Source: Candidatus Hydrogenedentota bacterium (GTDB taxonomy: Bacteria; Hydrogenedentota; Hydrogenedentia; Hydrogenedentales; SLHB01). Taken from it: DNA of 64,000 nt. The first letter of the stretch is position 1. Every line of letters begins with the position of its first letter. The notes beneath the pieces are model-generated. The model ran no database searches, had not been told where the DNA came from, and was given only the letters and a program-made list of their open reading frames with translations. Below are positions 19,322 to 28,677 of this stretch, piece by piece. The DNA is taken from assembly GCA_013359265.1 (NCBI GenBank), contig JABWCD010000015.1, forward strand, positions 40,329 to 104,328, in the 5' to 3' direction. Both the position numbers and the translations under genes were made by a program.

Positions 19322-19384
19322 TTCCCGGCGAGCGTCTTCGTTGCGCGTGCGCGGAAGCTTCCGTACGCAGCTTGCACCGTTTCT

Positions 19385-20758
19385 TCACGATGCGAGCCGA
19401 GTCGCGTCCGCAGCGGAAGGCGCCGCGCCGGCGGGTTGGTTTAGCGCGGTTGCCGGCTCGGCCTGCGCGATGGGTGCGGCCGCGGCGCCGCGATTCGCCT
19501 CGCGCACAAAGACGCGGCTCAAGAACCCGCATGCGACACTGAATAACGCCGCCAGGGAGAAGCATGCGTAGAACCCCACGCCGTGAAGATGGTCGATGAG
19601 GTACCCAGCCGCGATCGGCGTAATCCCGATGGCGAGTGACGTGCCGATACTCCAAATGTTCGAGTAGACGACGCGGCGCTGCGCGCAGATGTAACCGAGC
19701 ATCGCGCGGTTCGCGGCAACGTTGAACGCGGCGTTGAACACGCTGGCAACGACAAAAACGGACCATAGCGCGACCTTGGTCCATGCCGCGCCCGGCACGA
19801 GCGCCATACACAGGAGGGCGCAGACGGCGTGGCCGAGCATCGACCAAAACATCGCGGCCGCGCTGCCCGCGTAGTCGGCGAAACGTCCCCACGATGCGAT
19901 TGTGAGGAAGATTCCCATGCTGCCTGCCGCCGTAATGCTCATGATGACAGCGGGCGTCAGCGTCAGCGCGTCGCGCATGTACAGCACGAGCGCGGAACCG
20001 AGCAGCCAGGTCAGGGCGGAATAGCCGAACGCCGCAGTGACGACGAACGCCATGAAAGCGTGGTCTCGAAACGCGGCACGGTAGCCGACGTAACTTACTT
20101 CCGGCGCCGCCGTGGCGCGGGTCGGACCGCCGCCGGGGATCAGCGCCATCCATACAAGGCTGGCCAACCCGGCGGCTATGCCGATGCCGTAGACCATGAG
20201 GAAGCGCCAGTCGTCGGCTGGGCCGGTAAGGAGCACCGCCTGAACCAGCGCAACGGCGACACTGGTCAACTGGGTGATCGCGGCTTCCATGCTGAAATAG
20301 GCGCCGCGCTGATCGACGGGCACCAGCTCGTGAAGCCAGGGCAACCAACCGCCGGCACCCATTGCGCGCAAAATGCAGAATGCGAGGATGCTCGCGACAA
20401 GCACGAACTGCGCGTAGTGAAGACCCCATCCGCGCACGAGTGGGATCAGGAAGACCGCGCCGGCGAGCAGATTGCGCAGCAGCCAGCCGGTGAGCATGAC
20501 GCGTTTCGGGCCGTAGTGGTTTACCAGCGGTACGGTCAGGCCGACGAGCAGCATGGACAGGGGCATAAAGGAAATCAGGAAGCCAACCAGCGAGGGCTGA
20601 ATATCGAGCGAGCGGGCGAACAGGATCATCGCCGGGCCGACGATGCATTGCCAGGAAACAACGTTGAAGACGATGAAGAACAGGAAGCGGCGCGAACCGC
20701 CGGTCAACCTGCTGAAGTCCGCTATGACAGGGATACCCACAATAAGTCCTTTTGCCAA
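19385..20758 (-). CDS. MFS transporter
   Basis: 12 TM-like hydrophobic segments, 457 aa. The competing same-strand ORF 19305..20648 is Arg-rich and rejected. Confidence 0.8.
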   Translation of the reverse strand: MAKGLIVGIPVIADFSRLTGGSRRFLFFIVFNVVSWQCIVGPAMILFARSLDIQPSLVGFLISFMPLSMLLVGLTVPLVNHYGPKRVMLTGWLLRNLLAGAVFLIPLVRGWGLHYAQFVLVASILAFCILRAMGAGGWLPWLHELVPVDQRGAYFSMEAAITQLTSVAVALVQAVLLTGPADDWRFLMVYGIGIAAGLASLVWMALIPGGGPTRATAAPEVSYVGYRAAFRDHAFMAFVVTAAFGYSALTWLLGSALVLYMRDALTLTPAVIMSITAAGSMGIFLTIASWGRFADYAGSAAAMFWSMLGHAVCALLCMALVPGAAWTKVALWSVFVVASVFNAAFNVAANRAMLGYICAQRRVVYSNIWSIGTSLAIGITPIAAGYLIDHLHGVGFYACFSLAALFSVACGFLSRVFVREANRGAAAAPIAQAEPATALNQPAGAAPSAADATRLAS

Positions 20759-20932
20759 CGGGCCGGGACGCGCGCCCTATGCGGATACGCGGGTATATGC
20801 GTACCGGGGCCGCCCCAGTAGCAATCCGCAGCGCGGGGAATTCGTTCCCGGAGACGGGCGGATTCCTAAACGTGATAGTTTACCGGAACCGGTACACGAT
20901 AACGAAATGACTGCGGAGAAACATGGAAACGA

Positions 20933-21619
20933 TCAAAAACGCGCTACGAGTTCGGCATATTCGACCAAGGCGTTGCGGCCCTTTTCGGTGAGGGCGTAGG
21001 TGCCCAGGGCGACGCGCTGAAACCAGCCGTAGACGTTATCGTAGAGAATAGGCGTCGTGCGTGGGCCTGTGCCGAGGGCGCGCAACGCTCGGGTGGTCAT
21101 GGGGCCGCTTTCGGCGAGCTTCAGCGCGATGCGGAGCGCGGCCTCGCGGTACGCTGTGACCAGTTTACGGCGGCTACTGCCGCCGGTGTTGTAGTCGCCG
21201 CTGCGGCCCGTCATTTCTTCGAGCATGGAGCGGCGGACCTTGTTTTGCTTGCGCCGTTGGGAAGGTTCGGGTTGGAGAACGATCTCGACCCGGCGTATGC
21301 GCGATCGCGGCGCAATGAAGATGAGGCCGACCTCGAGCCGCCGCAACAAGCGCCGGACGCCGCGCCATTGACGCGTCCATGCGCCGCCCTTGGGCCGGGG
21401 AATCGCAATGTAGACGGAATCGGTTGCGCGTTGGCGCTCGACGGCCTGGACCAACAGAGAAACGTTGAGCGTTCGTTTGAGTTCGATCACGATCAGCTCG
21501 TCCCCCCTGGTAGCGGCGACGTCGCATCCGTTCACTTCGGCGCGGACGGTGTAACCGATGGCTTCGAGATAGTCGCGCAGCGGCGGATACAAGTCCGCCT
21601 CGCGGAGAACGCGCGTCAC
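20933..21619 (-). CDS. Conserved hypothetical protein with a PD-(D/E)xK nuclease-like N-terminal motif and a winged-helix-like C-terminus
   Basis: GCDVAATRGDELIVIELK (D...E-x-K) after an N-terminal strand. The C-terminal half is helical. Confidence 0.5.
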   Translation of the reverse strand: MTRVLREADLYPPLRDYLEAIGYTVRAEVNGCDVAATRGDELIVIELKRTLNVSLLVQAVERQRATDSVYIAIPRPKGGAWTRQWRGVRRLLRRLEVGLIFIAPRSRIRRVEIVLQPEPSQRRKQNKVRRSMLEEMTGRSGDYNTGGSSRRKLVTAYREAALRIALKLAESGPMTTRALRALGTGPRTTPILYDNVYGWFQRVALGTYALTEKGRNALVEYAELVARF

Positions 21620-22797
21620 GATTCGGGGAGGGACTGGCGAAGCAAGCGCAGCGCGTTGCCGCCCATAATTTTCGCGATGTCGACGCCGGGAACACCCTGC
21701 TTTCGGAGTTCTTCGGTGATCTCGGCGAGACCCGCCGTATCGAACGGAGTCGTGACGACGCCGTCGAAATCGGAGCCGAGCCCGACGTGATCGATTCCGC
21801 CGATGTCCGCGACATATCGAATCGCAGCGACGATGGCCTTTACGTCATTCCCGCACACGGCGGTATCGAAGTACGCGACACCGACAACGCCGCCGGTCTT
21901 TGCGATGCCTTTGATATGTTCGTCGCTGATGTTCCTAACATTGTTGCAGGTACCCTTGACGCCGCCATGCGACAGAACGACCGGGCGCGTAGCCATGGCA
22001 AGCACATCGTCGATTACCGCGGGGGACGCATGAGCGACATCGACGAGAATGTGCAGCTCTTCCATCTTCTTCACACAATCGCGGCCAAACGGAGTAAGGC
22101 CGCCCTTGGACACGCCGTGCGCAGAGCCGCCGAGTTCGTTGTCGAAGAAGTGGGTAATACCCATCATGCGAAAGCCTACACTGTAGAGCGTTTGAATGTT
22201 GTCGAGTTTACCCTCGGCGCATTGCATACCCTCGATGCTCAGGATACCCGCGACAGCATTCCGATTTTCGTTGCGTTTGTCGAGGAACGCGTCCAATCCG
22301 CGGCCGGAAGTGATGACGGTAAGCGCGCCGTTCGACCGGCGCGCCGTGGCATGCAACTTCTCTGCCTGATAAATGGCGCGCTCAAGAAGGCTCGAGTAGG
22401 TGTTTCTCGGCCAACGCTGCATGATCGCGAGCGTAATGATGTTATCGGTATCGCCGGAGTTCATCTCGAAGTTCATTTTCTTGGGCGTCTTCGTAACCAC
22501 GGAGAACACCTGCAGTGCGTCATTGCCCTTCGCGAGTCGTGGGAGGTCGACGTGGCCTCGCGCGTTCTCGACGAGGAGGTCTCGGTTCCACAGCAGCGAG
22601 TCCGAATGGAAATCCGCCACGAACAGGGCGTCGTGCAACGTTTTTGCCTCGGCGGAAGGCGCGAACGGTGCGTCGCGAACGACGGCGTTGTTGTAGTAGT
22701 CGAACAAGGGCGGCACGAACATGAACGCGGCAAGTCCGCCGATCATCGCAAGTGTCAGGAGGCAACCGGCCGCCTGTATTAACCGTTTCTTCAACAC
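21616..22797 (-). CDS. Membrane dipeptidase (peptidase family M19)
   Basis: N-terminal TM anchor. DFHSDS metal motif. GITHFFDNELGGSAHG and HVGLGSDFDG motifs. Confidence 0.85.
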   Translation of the reverse strand: MLKKRLIQAAGCLLTLAMIGGLAAFMFVPPLFDYYNNAVVRDAPFAPSAEAKTLHDALFVADFHSDSLLWNRDLLVENARGHVDLPRLAKGNDALQVFSVVTKTPKKMNFEMNSGDTDNIITLAIMQRWPRNTYSSLLERAIYQAEKLHATARRSNGALTVITSGRGLDAFLDKRNENRNAVAGILSIEGMQCAEGKLDNIQTLYSVGFRMMGITHFFDNELGGSAHGVSKGGLTPFGRDCVKKMEELHILVDVAHASPAVIDDVLAMATRPVVLSHGGVKGTCNNVRNISDEHIKGIAKTGGVVGVAYFDTAVCGNDVKAIVAAIRYVADIGGIDHVGLGSDFDGVVTTPFDTAGLAEITEELRKQGVPGVDIAKIMGGNALRLLRQSLPES

Positions 22798-22826
22798 GGG
22801 TTCCCGCTTGTCACGTGATGCCGGGG

Positions 22827-23717
22827 TTACTTCGTTGCCGTCCTGGACTCGGCAATGACCGCGGCGAGCTCGGACGGGTTGTCGGTAAGAATGCTGTCCA
22901 CGCCCTGCATGACAAACTCCCTCATACGGTGCGGATCGTTGATCGTGTGGACCTGAAATCGAATCCCTTTCTCCTGCATTCTCTTAATTTCTTCGGAGGT
23001 CATGTTATAGCGGGCGATCATACCCTGATCGATCGAGAGGACATCCGCTTGCGGCAAATAGTCCGCCCACTTGGGACCACGCAATGCCATCAGCAGGGAC
23101 GTGCCGGTTTTCATGTCGTAGCAGTAGGCCATCGACGGGGCCAGTTCGCGCGCGCGGTCCATCGTCGGCGGGACGAACGATGCGAGCAATACGCGGTCTT
23201 CGGCCTTGGCATCGCGAATGACGGCGATTGCCGCGTCGGCGAGCGCGGGTTCGCCTTTGAGCTCGACAAGGACATGGGAGCCCGGTAGCGCGTCGAGCAC
23301 TTCCTTGAGAGTCGGAATTGTCAGGCCTTTTCCACGGTGCGGAAAGGTCGCGCCGTTGTCGGTCGAGAATTTGTGTCCCGCGTCGAGGGCCTTCACCTGC
23401 GCCAACGACATCGTGGAGACTTCGCCCGTGCCGTTTGTCGTCCGGTCGACGGTCTTGTCGTGCATTAGAACGACGGCCCCGTCCGACGTAAGGCGCGCGT
23501 CGGTTTCGAGCAGCACGTCAGGATGGGCCTTCAACACTTCCTGGAAGCAATACAGCGTGTTCTCCGGCCATTGGGAGGCGCCGCCACGGTGCGCACCGAG
23601 AAGGATTTGCTTGGAAAAGAAAGGCTTGTGCGCAGGCGATTGCGCGGACGCGGCAGCCGCGAACGCAAGTACTGCCGCGCAGAGCGTTGCATAAAACCTC
23701 ATTCGATGGGCTCCCAT
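22827..23717 (-). CDS. Glycerophosphodiester phosphodiesterase (GDPD family), secreted
   Basis: Signal peptide. GAHRGG...ENT...ETDARLTSDGAVVLMHD catalytic motifs. Confidence 0.85.
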   Translation of the reverse strand: MGAHRMRFYATLCAAVLAFAAAASAQSPAHKPFFSKQILLGAHRGGASQWPENTLYCFQEVLKAHPDVLLETDARLTSDGAVVLMHDKTVDRTTNGTGEVSTMSLAQVKALDAGHKFSTDNGATFPHRGKGLTIPTLKEVLDALPGSHVLVELKGEPALADAAIAVIRDAKAEDRVLLASFVPPTMDRARELAPSMAYCYDMKTGTSLLMALRGPKWADYLPQADVLSIDQGMIARYNMTSEEIKRMQEKGIRFQVHTINDPHRMREFVMQGVDSILTDNPSELAAVIAESRTATK

Positions 23718-23792
23718 TGTCGCGCCAATCCGCGAAGTGCGTATTATACACAGGCTGTATCTGAGGACGACGAGGCGAGGAGAGGCCTGAGT

Positions 23793-24671
23793 ATGACTTC
23801 ATTGGACGCATGGTGCGCAAAAGGAAAGCATTTTGATTACAGGGGATACCCAATATTCTACGTTGAGGAAGGGTCGGGCGAGCCGCTGGTGTGCATACAC
23901 GGATTTCCGACCGCCTCGTGGGACTGGGCGTGGGTTTGGCCGGAACTGACGAAGCGCTTTCGGGTCATTGCGCCGGACATGATTGGGTTTGGCTTCTCGG
24001 CAAAACCGCGCGCGTACGAGTATTCGCTGCGGGACCAGGCGACGCTGCACGAGCAGTTGTTGGCGGACCTTGGCGTGAACGCTGCAATTATCCTTGCACA
24101 CGACTATGGGGACACCGTGGCGCAGGAACTGCTCGCGCGGTTTGAAGAGCGAAACGCGGCGGGAGCGGATGGATTGCGCATTCGCGGCGTGTGCTTTCTG
24201 AACGGCGGCATCATTCCCGGTGAACACCGGCCGCGGCCCATGCAGAAGCTGCTTGCGGGGCCGTTCGGCGCGCTGATCGGCCGCCTCACGAACGAACGGA
24301 CCTTTAACAGAAGTTTCTCCGAAATCTTCGGGCCGAACACGCAACCGTCTCGCGAAGAACTGGCCCAGTTTTGGAGGCTGATCGAGCATAACGGCGGGCG
24401 TTACGTGTTGCACAAGGTCATTCGATACATGCGCGAGCGCATGCAGTATCGGGACCGGTGGGTCCACGCGCTGCAAGCGGCGAGCGTGCCGCGCCGATTC
24501 GTGAACGGGCCGGAAGACCCGGTGTCCGGGCGTCACATGGCGGAGACGTATGCAAGGATTGTCCCAGACGCGGACGTGGTACTGATCGAGGGGATTGGGC
24601 ACTATCCGCAGGTCGAAGCGCCGGAGCAGGTACTCGAGGCGTTCGATTCATTCGTCACAACGCTGCGGTAA
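23793..24671 (+). CDS. Alpha/beta-fold hydrolase
   Basis: HGFPTASWDW (HGxP oxyanion region). AHDYGD nucleophile-elbow variant (Asp nucleophile, haloalkane-dehalogenase/epoxide-hydrolase-like). C-terminal His. The ATG at 23793 is within listed ORF 23523..24671. Confidence 0.75.
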   Translation: MTSLDAWCAKGKHFDYRGYPIFYVEEGSGEPLVCIHGFPTASWDWAWVWPELTKRFRVIAPDMIGFGFSAKPRAYEYSLRDQATLHEQLLADLGVNAAIILAHDYGDTVAQELLARFEERNAAGADGLRIRGVCFLNGGIIPGEHRPRPMQKLLAGPFGALIGRLTNERTFNRSFSEIFGPNTQPSREELAQFWRLIEHNGGRYVLHKVIRYMRERMQYRDRWVHALQAASVPRRFVNGPEDPVSGRHMAETYARIVPDADVVLIEGIGHYPQVEAPEQVLEAFDSFVTTLR

Positions 24672-24746
24672 TCACGGCGGCATACTTGCGCCACATTTGT
24701 GGAAGCAGGAAATGGCGCGGGGCAAGCCGCTACAATCGGCTTGATC

Positions 24747-26789
24747 ATGGCCAGTGCGTCTGAAATGCCACAACCGCGGTTGCACGTGCGGTACCCGCGC
24801 GTGTTGCGTTTCGCGGATTACGCAGCCGGCGCCGCCGCGTTGTCAATTTCGTTTGCCGTGTACCTGAGGACGCTTGCGCCGACCGTCTATGGCGAAGACA
24901 GCGGTGAACTGATTGCGGCGGCCGAGACACTCGGCATCCCCCACCCCACCGGCTATCCGCTGTGGTGCATCGCGGCGAAAATCGTGATGACGATCGTGTA
25001 CGCGGGTGACGCGGCGTGGCGGGCCAACCTGCTGTCCGCGCTGTGCGGAAGCGGCGCAGTGTTGTGCACGGCGCTGATACTCTGCATTGTCGCGCGCAAC
25101 CGGATTGCGGCACTGGCCGGCGCGCTGTCGCTGGCGTTCTCGCTCGAGTTTTGGGAACAGAGCGTGATCGCGGAAGTGTATTCGCTGAACGCGCTCGTTA
25201 CGGCGGCGTGCATCTTGCTGCTCATCCTGTGGGCGGAGTCGCGCCGAAACGGTCTGTTGTACGCGGCGGGATTCCTGTTCGGCGTGGGGTTGGCGAACCA
25301 CCACGTGCTTTTGTTGTGCGCGCCGGCGTTCGCCGCGTATGTGCTCATGATTGGCGGCCTTCGGTGGGGCGCCTGGACGATGCACCTTATCACCCTGCTG
25401 GCCGCGTTCCTTGGGCTTTCGGTATACCTGTACCTGCCTATTCGATCGATGGCGAACCCGGCTATGGATTGGGGAAACCCGGAGACGTGGCCCGCATTTG
25501 TCGACGTGGTGACGCGGGCGCAGTACCGATTCATGATCACGGACGGCCCGCGATCATGGGAGCGGTTCTTCGATCAGGCGAGGACGTTCGGAAGCGTCTA
25601 TCTGAGCCAATTCACAATGGGCGTCGGCCTCTTTGCGCCGTTCGGCCTTCTCGTGTTGTGGAAACGCGAACATCCTGCGTTATGCGTCATGCTGGTTCTC
25701 GCATGGCTGGGCACGGTGCTTGGCGGCATACTTATTCCAAATTTTGGCCCGGACCGGTTATCGATCTGGCTTAACACAACGTATTGGATTCCGGCGTATT
25801 TGGTTTCGGCCATCTTTATTGGCGCGGCGATCGCCGGGGTGTGCGCAGCGACGCCGCGGCTGCCGGTACGCGCGGTCGTTGCGTTGGGGTTGTGCGTGGC
25901 TGCAGTCGCTGCGCCGTTCATCGCGAACTTCTCCCGCAACGACAAGAGCAGGTATTTCCTGGCGTCCGACTACGCGCGAAATATTCTGGCGACGCTCGCG
26001 CCGGGCGCGATTTATTTCGGCGACAGCGATTTGTCGCTGTTTCCCGTGATGTATTTTCAAATCGTGGAGCGGATGCGGCCGGACGTGCTGATCGCGAACC
26101 CGTATGGATATCCCATCGCGAGTGTGTATCGCGACATGCCGGAGGAGGTGCGCGCGACGTTCCAGAAGATTCCGACGGAGCAGGACGAACAGGTCATCTT
26201 CGAGTGGTTGGTACACAACAGCGGGCGTCCGGTGTACACCACCGCACAACGCCGCGCGAACGGTATCCTCGTGTATAACGAGGGTCTGCTCTACCGTTAT
26301 GCTCCCGCGGCGCAACCCATCGAACCCGATTCGCCGTGGGACCGCTATGCGTGGCGATCGGTGGACGAGTCGGATTTCGAGGATGACTGGTCTGCGGAGG
26401 TCATCCTGTCCGAATACTATTTTGCGCGCGGCCGGGCGGAGTTCGACGCGGGCCGCCGGGCGGCGGGACTGAACGCCTTCGAGCGGGCGGCCCACGTCGC
26501 GAGGGAGAACAAGGAGTCGCTGAATAACATCGGGTGCGCGGCCGCGGGCTACGGGTTGATGGATGATGCACAGCGCTACTTCGAGCTGGCGTGCGCACTC
26601 GATCCCGAATTTCATATGGCGCGGCTCAATCTTGGGCGCGCACACATGAAGAAAGGTCAATTCGAACGCGCGAAAGCGGAGTTTGACCGGGTGCCGGCAT
26701 CCGCGCCGGAAGACACCACGGCGAAGACGCTTGCAGCATATTGCGAACAAAAGATTGCCGAGGCTCCGACCGCTCCAGCGCCGTGGTAG
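24747..26789 (+). CDS. DUF2723-family polytopic membrane protein (GT-C-like, TMEM260/protein-mannosyltransferase-like) with C-terminal TPR repeats
   Basis: N-terminal ~420 aa has ~11 TM helices with a DUF2723-like GEDSGEL...HPTGYPLW motif. The C-terminus has TPR-like helices. The start could also be GTG 24699. Confidence 0.7.
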   Translation: MASASEMPQPRLHVRYPRVLRFADYAAGAAALSISFAVYLRTLAPTVYGEDSGELIAAAETLGIPHPTGYPLWCIAAKIVMTIVYAGDAAWRANLLSALCGSGAVLCTALILCIVARNRIAALAGALSLAFSLEFWEQSVIAEVYSLNALVTAACILLLILWAESRRNGLLYAAGFLFGVGLANHHVLLLCAPAFAAYVLMIGGLRWGAWTMHLITLLAAFLGLSVYLYLPIRSMANPAMDWGNPETWPAFVDVVTRAQYRFMITDGPRSWERFFDQARTFGSVYLSQFTMGVGLFAPFGLLVLWKREHPALCVMLVLAWLGTVLGGILIPNFGPDRLSIWLNTTYWIPAYLVSAIFIGAAIAGVCAATPRLPVRAVVALGLCVAAVAAPFIANFSRNDKSRYFLASDYARNILATLAPGAIYFGDSDLSLFPVMYFQIVERMRPDVLIANPYGYPIASVYRDMPEEVRATFQKIPTEQDEQVIFEWLVHNSGRPVYTTAQRRANGILVYNEGLLYRYAPAAQPIEPDSPWDRYAWRSVDESDFEDDWSAEVILSEYYFARGRAEFDAGRRAAGLNAFERAAHVARENKESLNNIGCAAAGYGLMDDAQRYFELACALDPEFHMARLNLGRAHMKKGQFERAKAEFDRVPASAPEDTTAKTLAAYCEQKIAEAPTAPAPW

Positions 26790-26937
26790 CTGGCATCGTG
26801 CGCAAGTCCCTGTTAGGCTTTCAGCGCCGGATGCGAGGGATTAATCCTTTGTCGCTTGGCCGGCATCGAAATAGACACGGAGCGGTTCGTTCCGGGTCCC
26901 GAGCGTGATCCGCAACAACAGAAGTACAGGCAGGATT

Positions 26938-28605
26938 ATGACCTTTCGATTGTTTGCCCTGGCGGCATGTCTGGCGATTAGCGTCCAAGCACAGGAAGCG
27001 ACTCCAGAGCCGGAGCGAACCGCCGAGCAAATGAGTTCACCGAGTGCCGCCGCCACCGAAATGGAAGCGCGGAAAGCCGCGGTCGAGACGCTGCTCGACC
27101 TTGCCATGGCGCAGGAGATGGCAATTCGGGACAGTCCGTCTATCGACGCCGCGGAAGCTCGCGTGACGCAGGCGGCGGCGCGCGTGAAGCAAGCGCGGGC
27201 TGCTTGGTTTCCGACGGTGTTCGCGACGGCGTCGGCGTCAAACACGTGGATTTCGGAGAGCGACTACAGTTTCGCCAAGCGGGCCGCATCGAACGGGTTT
27301 TGGACGTCGTTCGCGTTGGGCACTCAGGCGCGCTTGCAGGGCGAAGTGCTGACCTTTGCGCAGATCGTGAGCAACAATATTTCGAGCCTGTTCAATCCCG
27401 CGATTCAACCCGTCCCGCTCGTCGTCCCGAATACGGACCGGGCAATCGTGCAGGACTTGCTGAAAACGTCGCTGTATTCGATCGACGCGCGGAATGCGGT
27501 GAAAGACGAATTCGAGGCGTACACAATCAGCGTGGCGGCAGACTGGATTGTATTCAACGGGTTCGATCGGAAATTCGCGATACTGGAGGCGCGCCTCGGC
27601 GAGCTGCAGACGGAGGCCGCGCTGATTGAAGCACACCGCATTCTGCTCGACGCGGTCGCACAAGCGTACTATGCGGCGCAGCTTTCTCGCGAGAACATTG
27701 CCATCGCGGAAGCGGACGAAGCCTTCAATCAACTGCAACTGAAACAGGCGGAATTGCGCAAGAAAGTCGGTACGGGATCGCGCAGCGACGTGCTGAACTT
27801 CCAGGTCCGTGTGAACGCGGCGCGTGCGGCGTTGATCACGGCGCGCCAGAGCTACGCGATGGCGCTCATCGCATTGGCGGAACTGCTTGCCATGCCGGAG
27901 GCGAAGTTTCCGGAAACGATGGACCTCGCGCCGCTCGAAGAAGCGTCGTTAGAAACGCTAGAGCCGCCCGACCCCGATCGGCTCGTGGCGTACGCAAAGG
28001 AGCACCGCCCCGACTTGCAGGTGAACGAGTTGGGCATCGAACGCGCGAACGCAGTGATTGGCCGCGCGAAATCGCTTTTCTATCCGACAGTCCGCGCGCA
28101 CGTCTCGAAAGATGCCGTGCGGAACAACAACCTCGAGTTTCGCGAGGACGACTTCGGCACCACGATTGGTGTGACCGGAACATATGAACTGTTTGCAGGC
28201 GGGCGCAATCTGGCGCGGCTGCGCGAAACAAAGGCGGCCCGGGCCGAAGCGCAACATCTTGTAACAGAGACCGAACTGTCGGTCGCGTCCGACGTGCGGA
28301 CCGCCGTCGAGGATCTGCGCGCCGCCCAGGAACGCCTCGTCTTGCAGCGCGCGAACGCGGTCCTGGTCCAGGAGAACCGTGACCTCGTGCAGAAGGGTTA
28401 TGAAGGCCAAGTGGAACCGCTGGTGCGGCTCAACGAGGCACAGCGCGACCTGATTTCTGCCCAGGCCAACCTCGCGTTCGCGCGCGTCGCATTGCAGGCG
28501 ACATGGCACCGGGTGCGCACGAGCACCGGCGAGACGGTTGCCGGCTATTCCGTTGCCGATGGCGTCGCGACCGTCTCAAAGGACGAGAAACCCGCCGGCA
28601 AGTAG
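26938..28605 (+). CDS. TolC-family outer membrane efflux protein
   Basis: Signal peptide MTFRLFALAACLAISVQA. Two coiled-coil/beta repeats typical of outer-membrane factors. Confidence 0.75.
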   Translation: MTFRLFALAACLAISVQAQEATPEPERTAEQMSSPSAAATEMEARKAAVETLLDLAMAQEMAIRDSPSIDAAEARVTQAAARVKQARAAWFPTVFATASASNTWISESDYSFAKRAASNGFWTSFALGTQARLQGEVLTFAQIVSNNISSLFNPAIQPVPLVVPNTDRAIVQDLLKTSLYSIDARNAVKDEFEAYTISVAADWIVFNGFDRKFAILEARLGELQTEAALIEAHRILLDAVAQAYYAAQLSRENIAIAEADEAFNQLQLKQAELRKKVGTGSRSDVLNFQVRVNAARAALITARQSYAMALIALAELLAMPEAKFPETMDLAPLEEASLETLEPPDPDRLVAYAKEHRPDLQVNELGIERANAVIGRAKSLFYPTVRAHVSKDAVRNNNLEFREDDFGTTIGVTGTYELFAGGRNLARLRETKAARAEAQHLVTETELSVASDVRTAVEDLRAAQERLVLQRANAVLVQENRDLVQKGYEGQVEPLVRLNEAQRDLISAQANLAFARVALQATWHRVRTSTGETVAGYSVADGVATVSKDEKPAGK

Positions 28606-28677
28606 TGTCCGTCTCCGGTTCTGCGCGTGACTCCAACCGAGGTCTTGGCGTAGAGTACGCACTCGCGAGCCCGGTTG

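Noticed and set aside
19305-20648. 447-aa minus-strand ORF overlapping the MFS transporter in another frame
   Set aside because: Extremely Arg/Gly/Pro-rich with no hydrophobic periodicity. The alternative frame encodes a clear 12-TM MFS protein.
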